48,467 bases of DNA from an uncultured Eubacteriales bacterium (GCA_964643285.1 CAZXSP010000002.1:1-48467); one strand, 5' to 3'. Counted from the first letter of the stretch, positions 29,145-37,051 are shown. Made by a program: numbers and translations. Notes: generated by a model not told the origin, from the sequence alone.

Positions 29145-29612
29145 ATGCCACTAGTAGCAAAGGGCGGCAAATACATCTTTGGTTGGTCAAGGGTAAACGA
29201 TGACCTAAGCATACAGTTACCCAAACCGGCCGTTGACGAATATGCGATAACGGCAGAAGGCAAAGTGATACTTATTTCCGGAAGCAAAAGGACAGGCGGT
29301 TTTGTAGTTACAAGGAAAGGGTTGTTGCTCGCCTCAAAAATAGGAAACATCCTAAAAGAGAATCCCAGTCTATCTAGATATGAAACCGAGGAAGGGGAAT
29401 TTACTAAATACAAAGGGCGTTTGTATTGCTGGCACGGATTGTCAGGAACAGGAATGCTGAAGATGAACGAAAAAATGATCGAGGTATTAGATATCGGTGC
29501 AGGCGATATGCTTCTTTCGATTAGGAGCAGTGATATCGCGTTTTGCATGGGCCAAAAAGGCATATTGATCGAAAGGGCCCGAAAATATCAAGACGAAATA
29601 GTTGTTTACTGA
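29145..29612 (+). CDS. hypothetical protein with two putative SpoVT/AbrB-like repeats
   Basis: 155 aa from ATG 29145 (SD AAGGGGTG); the track ORF starts at TTG 29055. Segments LSIQLPKPAVDEYAITAEGKVILISG and LKMNEKMIEVLDIGAGDMLLSIRS resemble swapped-hairpin AbrB/MazE motifs. No family recognised with certainty. Confidence 0.35.
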   Translation: MPLVAKGGKYIFGWSRVNDDLSIQLPKPAVDEYAITAEGKVILISGSKRTGGFVVTRKGLLLASKIGNILKENPSLSRYETEEGEFTKYKGRLYCWHGLSGTGMLKMNEKMIEVLDIGAGDMLLSIRSSDIAFCMGQKGILIERARKYQDEIVVY

Positions 29613-29730
29613 TGCCATAGTATCTTAGCACCTGTTTGAAGCCGACTCAGTCAACCGAGTCTAGGACCCAGAACCGAGGCGATCTTTCTGCCGCTATCCG
29701 GCATGAGGTTCAGGGGATTTCTTTTCGCCA

Positions 29731-29848
29731 CCGGTGCTGAAAATTTGGGCACCCCCTTCGCCAGCATGCTGAAATATTCAGCATCAGTTTGAATCCGGTG
29801 CTGAAAATTTGGGCACTTCCTTCGGTGACATGCTGAAATATTCAGCAC
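29731..29848. repeat. two tandem 54-bp direct repeats (64-bp period) carrying four 17-bp palindrome-like sites at 32-bp phasing
   Basis: R1 (29731..29784) is CCGGTGCTGAAAATTTGGGCACCCCCTTCGCCAGCATGCTGAAATATTCAGCAT. R2 (29795..29848) is CCGGTGCTGAAAATTTGGGCACTTCCTTCGGTGACATGCTGAAATATTCAGCAC. The sites start at 29735, 29767, 29799 and 29831. Confidence 0.9.
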
Positions 29849-29957
29849 ATGCCAACTGGTGCGAACCATATCACCAAATCTTCGCTGTAACAAACTTGTT
29901 CTCGTGTGATATAATTGTATCAATTAGTGCGTTTGTTCTGGTGATAAGCATATAATA

Positions 29958-30251
29958 GTGTCGGTGGCGTTCGTGCGAGAATACAATCTGGGATCGGATC
30001 GCCAGAAACAGATTCTCCTGCAGATCGAAATCGAAGATTTCTGCTACACGCTTCAAAACAGGAACATTGGGTTTGAGCATGAGGTTCTATATGTGTTTTG
30101 TCCCCAGGTTACCCTTTTTAACTTTGACGGTGAGAAGAAGCAGGTGGATGTTTATACCAAGTTCAATATCGTCGATTTGAATCCGGGAAACCGCGTTGTC
30201 GTCATTTCGTTCCATGAGCGCAAAAAGCCGATTACTCATTTTTTCAGATGA
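29958..30251 (+). CDS. putative MqsR-family (RelE-fold) toxin
   Basis: 97 aa. EDFCYTL...VDVYTKFNIVDLNPGNRVVVISFHERK resembles E. coli MqsR SDFYKSM...QVYLKITVIHDVLIVSFKEK. Toxin-first gene order as in mqsRA. There is no in-frame ATG; candidate starts are GTG 29958, 29964 or 29973. Confidence 0.55.
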   Translation: MSVAFVREYNLGSDRQKQILLQIEIEDFCYTLQNRNIGFEHEVLYVFCPQVTLFNFDGEKKQVDVYTKFNIVDLNPGNRVVVISFHERKKPITHFFR

Positions 30252-30283
30252 GGAGTCAGATCTTTCCAGAGGGGGGAGTTGTT

Positions 30284-31282
30284 ATGAGCAAGCAGATCGT
30301 TTTTTGCCCTGAATGCAGGCAGGACGTGAAATATACGGTGAAAACTGAATTGGAATCTGCTGAATTGAAAGGCGAAGTCTACGAGTTCGCGGCACAAACG
30401 GCTTACTGTGAGCAGTGTGCGCAGGAGGTTTACGTCGCAGAGTTTGAGGATGCTAATTTGAAGGCACTATATGATGCATACCGTAAGAAAAACGGAATCA
30501 TCTCGCTCGAGGATATCCGAGCTATTCCTGAGAAGTACAGTATTGGGAAAAGACCATTGTCCCTTTTATTGGGATGGGGAGAGCAAACTTTCAGCCGTTA
30601 TTATGAGGGCGATATGCCCACAACGCAATATTCTGAAATTTTAAAGCAGATCTTTGCGGATCCCAACCGCTATCTTTCCGTATTAGAAAAAAATAAGGAG
30701 AACCTTAGAAGCGAACAGGCCTATAAGAAGAGCAAATCTGCAACAGAAAGACTCATGGGCGTTACGATTACACAACAAAAGGCAAAAATTGATGTGGTTG
30801 TGGATTATTTCTTATCCAAATGCAGGGATATTACACCGCTGTCTTTGCAGAAGGCGCTCTATTATGCTCAGGGATTTTTCTATGTTTTTCATGGGGCCTA
30901 CCTGTTCTCGGAGGATTGCGAGGCCTGGGTGCATGGTCCAGCGTACCCTAAGATCTACCGACGTTACAGAAACTACTATTTTGACCCTATCGACAGTGTG
31001 GCCGAACCGGACACATCGGCTCTATCAGGGGAAGAGCAGCTGCTTCTGGATAGTATAGTGAAACACGTTTGCTGCTATAGCGGGAAGACTTTGGAGGCCT
31101 TTACCCACACCGAAACACCTTGGGTTATGGCCCGGGCTGGGCTTCCGGGTGATGTTTCATCAAATCGCCTCATAACGAAAAAAGCCATTGGGGAGTTCTT
31201 CATTTTGGTAAAAGAAAAGTACCGTATGCTCACGCCCGCAAATATTAGGGACTATACACGGGATCTATTTACACAGATTTAG
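30284..31282 (+). CDS. composite antitoxin: MqsA-like zinc ribbon + XRE-type HTH fused to a C-terminal DUF4065/Panacea (SocA/GepA-like) domain
   Basis: Zinc ribbon CPEC...CEQC. HTH KRPLSLLLGWGEQTFSRYYEGDMPTTQYSEILKQI resembles MqsA LSLTQKEAAEIFGGGVNAFSRYEKGNAQP. C-terminal LSLQKALYYAQGFFYVFHGAYLFSEDCEAWVHGPAYPKIYRRY is typical of DUF4065. ATG 30284 follows SD GAGGGGGGAG. The alternative ATG 30248 overlaps the toxin stop (ATGA). Confidence 0.7.
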   Translation: MSKQIVFCPECRQDVKYTVKTELESAELKGEVYEFAAQTAYCEQCAQEVYVAEFEDANLKALYDAYRKKNGIISLEDIRAIPEKYSIGKRPLSLLLGWGEQTFSRYYEGDMPTTQYSEILKQIFADPNRYLSVLEKNKENLRSEQAYKKSKSATERLMGVTITQQKAKIDVVVDYFLSKCRDITPLSLQKALYYAQGFFYVFHGAYLFSEDCEAWVHGPAYPKIYRRYRNYYFDPIDSVAEPDTSALSGEEQLLLDSIVKHVCCYSGKTLEAFTHTETPWVMARAGLPGDVSSNRLITKKAIGEFFILVKEKYRMLTPANIRDYTRDLFTQI

Positions 31283-31413
31283 TTTTGTAGATATTTGCCG
31301 TGACGGGGCAGCGAAATAGCATAGAAGGTCCACAATAGGAACACAGGCTTCCAAATAGCTAAGGTTTTTGCCATGCCAAAATACCGTCGTCTTGGTGTGG
31401 GGAAGGCGGCCAG

Positions 31414-32031
31414 TTGAAAGCTGAAGTGGTAAGCGCGGCACAGTGCAGTAAGAAAAAGGAACAATGGCAAATCGTGGCGAAAACCTGTAGGCCCCAAGAG
31501 TGTGATGGTCTAGGCATTTTCGAAGGGGATGGTGGGTTGAAAGCCCTGTATCTTCGCCACCAAAAATGGCTGGAAAAGCAGCATCTGGCAGTGTATTCTT
31601 TCGTTGTAGCGGCAGATAGCTTGGTCCTTCGCGGATTGCTCGTCGCGATCTTATCTCCAATCCTTTCATTGGTGCCGGCAGACAGACTCTATGGACCCGA
31701 ACTTGACATTCCATTGTATTATGTATTGGTTATCGCCCCGGTCATAGAGACGGCTTTTCTGCAATGGCTTCCAATATCCATAGCGAGTTGGCTAAAACAG
31801 ACGAAGCCCTTCCAGATAAGTGCCTCCGCGTTTCTGTTTGCTGCGGGGCATTGGAGTGCGGGTGTTCTTAGCATTTTGGCGGCTCTTGTAGCAGGGTTCT
31901 TTTTGGCCAATGCGTGGGTTCGTTGGAGGGGAAAAGGGATTTCGGCGGCCTTTGCCGTAGTCGCTTTGATGCATTTTTGGATGAACCTCGCAGCCGTCGC
32001 TGCTACCGCACTGGCCGCTCGAATAAGTTAG
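31414..32031 (+). CDS. CPBP (CAAX protease / Abi) family intramembrane protein with a degenerate first motif
   Basis: Motif 2 is FLFAAGHW (FxxxH) and motif 3 is ALMHFWMNL (HxxxN). Motif 1 reads ETAFLQ instead of EExxxR. TTG start after GGGGAAGG. The N-terminal ~60 aa are non-hydrophobic and of unclear reality. Confidence 0.55.
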   Translation: MKAEVVSAAQCSKKKEQWQIVAKTCRPQECDGLGIFEGDGGLKALYLRHQKWLEKQHLAVYSFVVAADSLVLRGLLVAILSPILSLVPADRLYGPELDIPLYYVLVIAPVIETAFLQWLPISIASWLKQTKPFQISASAFLFAAGHWSAGVLSILAALVAGFFLANAWVRWRGKGISAAFAVVALMHFWMNLAAVAATALAARIS

Positions 32032-32061
32032 CCATAAATCCGGGAACAGGGGGAATAAACA

Positions 32062-33069
32062 GTGGAATCGGCAGTTCAGGTTCGTGTGAGAACGGAAGAA
32101 TTGGAAAAGTTGACACTGTCCCCTATGGCAACGCTATCTGCCGCGTCGAAAGGCAGAGCCACTCCGGAACAGCCTTGCCCCGTTAGAACGAGCTTCCAAA
32201 GAGATAGAGACCGCATTGTGCATTCCAAAGCATTCCGACGCCTGAAAGATAAAACCCAAGTATTTTTGGCGCCGGAAGCCGATCATTTTCGTACACGGCT
32301 CACTCATACCCTCGAAGTGTGCCAAATAGCTCGGACCATAGCCAGGGGTTTACGCCTGAATGAAGATTTGACAGAAGCCATAGCTTTGGGGCACGATTTG
32401 GGGCACACCCCGTTCGGTCACGCAGGCGAGGATGTCCTGGATGAGGTCCATCCTCCGGGGTTTGCTCACGAACAGCAATCATTGAGAGTTGTAGATCATC
32501 TCGAAAGCGGTGGATTGAACCTCACTTGGGAAGTGAGGGACGGCATAGTCAACCATACTGGTGACGGGGTGCCCTCAACCATGGAGGCGCAATGCGTGCG
32601 GCTCTCGGATCGCATTGCGTATGTAAACCACGACATTGATGATGCCATACGGGGACAAATCATAGCTACTCATGACTTGCCCAAAGAGGCCTTGGATGTC
32701 CTGGGCGGAAGTCACGGTGAAAGGGTGAATACCCTTGTGGTGAACGCCATAATGACAAGCTTTGGCAAACCGGGTGTCGGCCTTAGCCCTGAAGCGCTAA
32801 ACGCGATGCTGCTCCTAAGACAATTTTTGTTCGACCGTGTATATGTGAGCTCCGTGGCAAAGCGCGAAGAAGATAAAGCCAAGGGCGTTGTGCGTGCCCT
32901 TTACTCCCTGTATTGTGATGAACCCGAGCTCATGCCCGCGCCGCAAGCCTCCCAAAACGACTCTGTCTCCGTTCGGGCCTGTGATTATGTGGCGGGCATG
33001 ACCGACCGCTTTGCAATCGCCCAATACAATCTGGCGTTCGTTCCCAAAACCTGGAATTTCGACCGATAA
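32062..33069 (+). CDS. dgt: dGTP triphosphohydrolase-like HD protein
   Basis: RTSFQRDRDRIVHSKAFRRLKDKTQVF, HFRTRLTHTLEVCQIAR, ALGHDLGHTPFGHAGE. GTG start 7 nt after AGGGGGA. Located upstream of dnaG, as is common in Clostridia. Confidence 0.9.
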   Translation: MESAVQVRVRTEELEKLTLSPMATLSAASKGRATPEQPCPVRTSFQRDRDRIVHSKAFRRLKDKTQVFLAPEADHFRTRLTHTLEVCQIARTIARGLRLNEDLTEAIALGHDLGHTPFGHAGEDVLDEVHPPGFAHEQQSLRVVDHLESGGLNLTWEVRDGIVNHTGDGVPSTMEAQCVRLSDRIAYVNHDIDDAIRGQIIATHDLPKEALDVLGGSHGERVNTLVVNAIMTSFGKPGVGLSPEALNAMLLLRQFLFDRVYVSSVAKREEDKAKGVVRALYSLYCDEPELMPAPQASQNDSVSVRACDYVAGMTDRFAIAQYNLAFVPKTWNFDR

Positions 33070-33141
33070 GCTAAAAAAGGGATCTTCCCCCCAAAAAAAG
33101 AACAAGTACCCTAGCTTAACGACGAAGGAGTTTTTTCAGCC

Positions 33142-34975
33142 ATGGTGTCCGGTGGTTTTTACGGCGACGACATAGTCGAGGAAGTTAAGGCTAAATCCGA
33201 TATTGTCTCGGTAATCTCCGAGTATGTGGCCCTCAAGAAAGCGGGCCGCGGTTACATCGGGCTATGCCCTTTCCATCAAGAAAAAACCCCCTCGTTTAAT
33301 GTGGACCCGGACAAGCAGTTTTTCTACTGTTTCGGTTGCGGCACGGGCGGTAATGTTTTTACCTTTTTGATGAAAAAAAACGGGCTGTCCTTCCCTGAAG
33401 CCCTGAAACTTTTGGCGGATAGGGCAGGCGTGCGTCTGCCCGAGTCGCGCGCGGGGTCTTCGAGGCAACGAAAACTAAAGCAAAAACTCGAGGCGGCGCT
33501 GGCCTTTGCCGCGACAAAATATACGGAACAATTAAACTCCCAACGAGGCGAGTTTGCCAGGAACTACCTGGAAAAACGCGGTTTTTCAAAACAAACGATT
33601 GAAAAATTCCAATTGGGATTTGCCCCGGATGAATGGGACTTCATGGCGACTTTAGCGAAACGGATGGGTGTTGAAATAGCCGACTTGGAGAAAGCCGGGC
33701 TCTTAGTGGCCAGGCAAAGCGGGGGTTTTTACGATAGGTTCAGAAACAGGATAATGTTCCCTATATGGAATTCCGGGGGCGATCCCATAGGTTTCGGCGG
33801 CAGGGCTTTGGGCGACGACCCGGCCAAGTACCTGAACAGCCCCGAAACCCCGCTATTTCACAAAGGAAAAGAGCTTTATGGTTTGAACCTTGCCAAGCCT
33901 TCTATTAGAAGCAACGATAAAGTGTTGTTGGTGGAAGGCTACATGGATGTTATCTCCTGTTTTCAGCATGGGGTATTTCTCGGTGGCGGGAATGGGTACT
34001 GCGCTAACCCCGGAGCAGGCCAGAAGTCTCCTGCTTCTAACCCAAAACATATATCTTGCGTATGACCAAGATGAAGCCGGCAAAAAGGCAGCCCGCAGGA
34101 CTATCGATTTGTTCCGTGACCAAGGAGGCCGATGTAGCGTAGTTGTGTTTGAAGGTGCGAAGGACCCTGACGAATTTCTCAAAACTCACGGGGCTTCTTT
34201 GTTTAAGGAGCGTATGGAAAAGGCTCTCTTGGATATAAGCTTCATTTACGAACAAACAAAAGAGTCTTTGGATGCGTCTACTATTCAAGGGAAACTTGAG
34301 ATTCAGAGGGCTATAGTCCCGGTTTTGGCTTCGCTGGAAAGCGAGTTCGAGCGCTCTGTATATACTGAGGAGATATCTAGGGATCTTGGGGTTGGGAAGG
34401 ATTCCCTCCATAAGGATGTCGAATTGTACAAGAGGAAGGACTATCGGGCTTCAAGGTATAAAAAGGGTGAAAATCGGGATACTACTGGTTATGACAACCA
34501 GCTCAAAGCCGGTTCCGGCAAGGATTCTGTCAAAGCGTCTGTATCTTTGGCAGGAACCCGGGGCGGGCATGTCGAAGAAAACGTGACTCGCCGAAAGGCG
34601 GAAGAAGGAATAATTAGATGTTTGGTAGAAAAGCCTGCATTATTCGATTCGCTTAAAGACGAATTGTGCCAGGACGATATTGAGGATGTAAATTGCCGTT
34701 TGGCATTTTCGATATTGAAGGATGGCCCAATTGCCGAAGATAATGATGGTCTTTTAGCTTGGGTCGCAGAATTATGCATAAAGTTCGGACCGGTAGCGAA
34801 GCCCGAGCGTATATTGAGGGACTGTCTTAAAAGATTGCAGGAGATTCAGCTTGTCGAACTTAGCCAGAAGATGGCTGACGCTGAACGTAAAAAAGATGAA
34901 AAGGCACTCGTTATCATTCAGGGCGACTATCAAAGATTGTTGAAACAAGTGAAATCAGTCGGCGGCACTGGTTAA
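33142..34975 (+). pseudogene. dnaG: DNA primase DnaG, reading frame broken inside the TOPRIM domain (true pseudogene, sequencing indel or recoding not distinguishable)
   Basis: ORF 33142..34065 carries the zinc finger CPFHQEKTPSF...CFGCG, the RNA polymerase domain and LLVEGYMDVISCFQHGV. The continuation SVAGMGTALTPEQARSLL...YLAYDQDEAGKKAA lies in the frame of ORF 33890..34975. The junction is within GTATTTCTCG (33973..33982), which is 10 nt where 9 or 12 would keep the frame. Confidence 0.85.
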
Positions 34976-35010
34976 CCGCTTTACGACGATCTCCCCAGGA
35001 GGGAATACTG

Positions 35011-36282
35011 TTGAAGGAATTGCAGCCGGGCATGGAGATGGTGCGAGAACTTGTCTCCTCTGGCCAGAAAAAAGGGTTTCTAACTTATAACGAGATTTCT
35101 CTTGCTCTGGGCCAGTTCGAACTGTCCACCCAGCAAATTGACGATGTATACAAGCGTTTTAGTGATATGGGTATTGAAATAAGGAGCGAAAAAGGTGCAA
35201 GCGCATCGGTCCATACAGGATCCGGACAGGCCGGTACAGGCTCCGGCTCTAATGTCACAGTGTTGCGGCCCAAGAAAACCGATTCCCACAGCCTGACACA
35301 AGCCGTGGGGGCCCTTGCCAGCATGTTGGCAAAGGCCGCGGCCGAAGACGAAGATGATGAGGAAGCCGCAGACGAAAAGGCATCTCAGGATGAAGACATG
35401 GAAAACGATTCGGCAGATGAGGGCAAGATCGATCTGAGTGTACCCGAAGGCGTGGCCTTGGATGACCCTGTCCGCATGTACCTCAAGGAAATAGGGCGAG
35501 TGGCGCTTCTCACGGCTCAAGAAGAAGTAGCCCTGGCGGAACGCATGGAGATGGGTGACAAAAGCGCCAAAGGGCGGCTAATAGAATCCAACCTCAGGTT
35601 AGTGGTGTCCATTGCCAAAAGGTATGTTGGCCGGGGCATGCAGTTTTTGGATCTTATACAAGAAGGCAATATGGGATTAATCAAGGCGGTTGAAAAGTTC
35701 GATTATCGCAAAGGTTTCAAGCTTTCCACTTACGCGACTTGGTGGATTCGTCAGGCAATTACGAGAGCCATCGCCGATCAGGCCAGGACAATACGTATCC
35801 CTGTTCATATGGTAGAAACCATCAACAAGCTTATCCGCACATCGCGACATCTGATTCAGGAGTTGGGAAGGGAACCCAGTCCCGAGGAAGTCGCGGAGGA
35901 AATGGGTATCACCGCAGATAAGGTAAGGGAAATCTTGAAAATTGCGCAAGAACCTGTGTCCCTTGAGACGCCAATTGGGGAAGAGGAAGACAGCCACCTT
36001 GGAGACTTCATAGAAGACGAAGATGCGACCGCGCCTGTGGAAGCCGCGTCTTTCTTGCTGCTCAAGGAACAGATAGAGGAAGTTTTGGATACCCTAAACG
36101 ACCGCGAACAAAAGGTGCTTCGTTTGCGATTTGGCTTGGATGACGGAAAAGCTCGAACTCTGGAAGAAGTCGGTCGGGAATTTGGGGTAACCAGGGAGAG
36201 GATCAGGCAAATCGAAGCAAAAGCGTTACGAAAGCTTCGTCACCCCCAAAGAAGTAAGAGGCTAAAAGATTATTTAGTCTAA
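35011..36282 (+). CDS. sigA: RNA polymerase primary sigma factor (sigma-A / RpoD)
   Basis: Regions 1.2 to 4.2 are present: [82 protein letters not shown] start 6 nt after AGGAGGG. Confidence 0.96.
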   Translation: MKELQPGMEMVRELVSSGQKKGFLTYNEISLALGQFELSTQQIDDVYKRFSDMGIEIRSEKGASASVHTGSGQAGTGSGSNVTVLRPKKTDSHSLTQAVGALASMLAKAAAEDEDDEEAADEKASQDEDMENDSADEGKIDLSVPEGVALDDPVRMYLKEIGRVALLTAQEEVALAERMEMGDKSAKGRLIESNLRLVVSIAKRYVGRGMQFLDLIQEGNMGLIKAVEKFDYRKGFKLSTYATWWIRQAITRAIADQARTIRIPVHMVETINKLIRTSRHLIQELGREPSPEEVAEEMGITADKVREILKIAQEPVSLETPIGEEEDSHLGDFIEDEDATAPVEAASFLLLKEQIEEVLDTLNDREQKVLRLRFGLDDGKARTLEEVGREFGVTRERIRQIEAKALRKLRHPQRSKRLKDYLV

Positions 36283-36313
36283 AGCCAAATACCCCCTTGT
36301 TTTCCATTTCGGA

Positions 36314-36334
36314 AGCGTCCGCCCCGTGGACGCT
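36314..36334 (+). terminator. possible terminator hairpin after sigA
   Basis: AGCGTCC-gccccgt-GGACGCT. The downstream tract is only weakly T-rich. Confidence 0.35.
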
Positions 36335-36405
36335 GCTGTTCCTATTGGTCTTGTTGTCCCTTCCACGCAATGTCTGCTATGCTAAAGGTTGGAGTAAACA
36401 CGTGT

Positions 36406-37047
36406 ATGGGGGCGATTTTAACGGGTTCTTTGTCTACAAGTCAAAGTACGTCGAAAAATCTCGCTAAACCAGTAGTACCTCTGCCAGACCTGTTCTGGAG
36501 CTTCCTCAAGATCGGAGCCTTCACTTTCGGAGGGGGCTGGGCCATGATTCCCCTAATCCGCAAAGAGCTTGTAAACACCAAGGGCTGGTGCGATGATCAG
36601 AAATTCGTGGACATGCTGTCTATCGCACAAAGCGGCCCCGGCCCTATAGTGGTCAATACCGCTACCATTATCGGCCTCAAAATTCGGAAAATCCCCGGAG
36701 CTGTAGTGGCCGTGCTTGGTTCTGTTCTTCCTTCGTTTCTGCTCATCTTTTCTTTGGCGGCCTTCTTGGCGAAATTCCAAAGTTCGAGTATTCTCGGAGC
36801 AGTTTTCTTGGGTATGCGCCCCGCCATATTTGGACTTTTGTTGAGCGCCAGTTTGCAGGTGAGTACCACCTGTATCGATAGTAGAAGGGATGCGCTGTTT
36901 GCGCTGGCGGCAGTGGTTTTGGTGGTGTTCTTCAAGTTTAATCCTATTTTTGTGGTGCTATTCGCCGGGCTGGCGGGAATTCTTTTTGGGAAGGGTTCAC
37001 GTTTTGCGGAGTGCGAATCCAACGTGTCGGAAACCAAGGAGTCTTAA
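36406..37047 (+). CDS. chrA: chromate transporter family protein (short-chain CHR, first half of a pair)
   Basis: FLKIGAFTFGGGWAMIPLIRKELVNTKGW...DMLSIAQSGPGPIVVN. The start could be 36370 or ATG 36406. Confidence 0.82.
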   Translation: MGAILTGSLSTSQSTSKNLAKPVVPLPDLFWSFLKIGAFTFGGGWAMIPLIRKELVNTKGWCDDQKFVDMLSIAQSGPGPIVVNTATIIGLKIRKIPGAVVAVLGSVLPSFLLIFSLAAFLAKFQSSSILGAVFLGMRPAIFGLLLSASLQVSTTCIDSRRDALFALAAVVLVVFFKFNPIFVVLFAGLAGILFGKGSRFAECESNVSETKES

Positions 37048-37051
37048 TATC

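Noticed and set aside
29731-29848. Possible CRISPR array
   Set aside because: There are only two repeat copies, the 'spacer' is 10 bp, the repeats contain internal palindromes, and no cas genes are in the window. An operator or iteron-like array fits better.
29651-30080. Minus-strand ORFs 29651..29923 (90 aa) and 29871..30080 (69 aa)
   Set aside because: The first simply translates the 64-bp tandem repeats. The second is antisense to the 5' end of the MqsR-like ORF. Neither has an SD or any similarity I recognise.
31265-31714. 149-aa minus-strand ORF overlapping the 5' part of the CPBP gene
   Set aside because: It is Arg/Pro/Cys/Leu-rich with no recognisable motif and no SD, and it is antisense to a gene with family motifs. 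It does add uncertainty to the first ~60 codons of the CPBP ORF.
33890-33972. ATG 33890 as the genuine start of an independent C-terminal DnaG fragment
   Set aside because: The first ~28 codons (MPSLLLEATIKCCWWKATWMLSPVFSMG) are an out-of-frame reading of conserved DnaG sequence. Homology in this frame begins only at about 33980.
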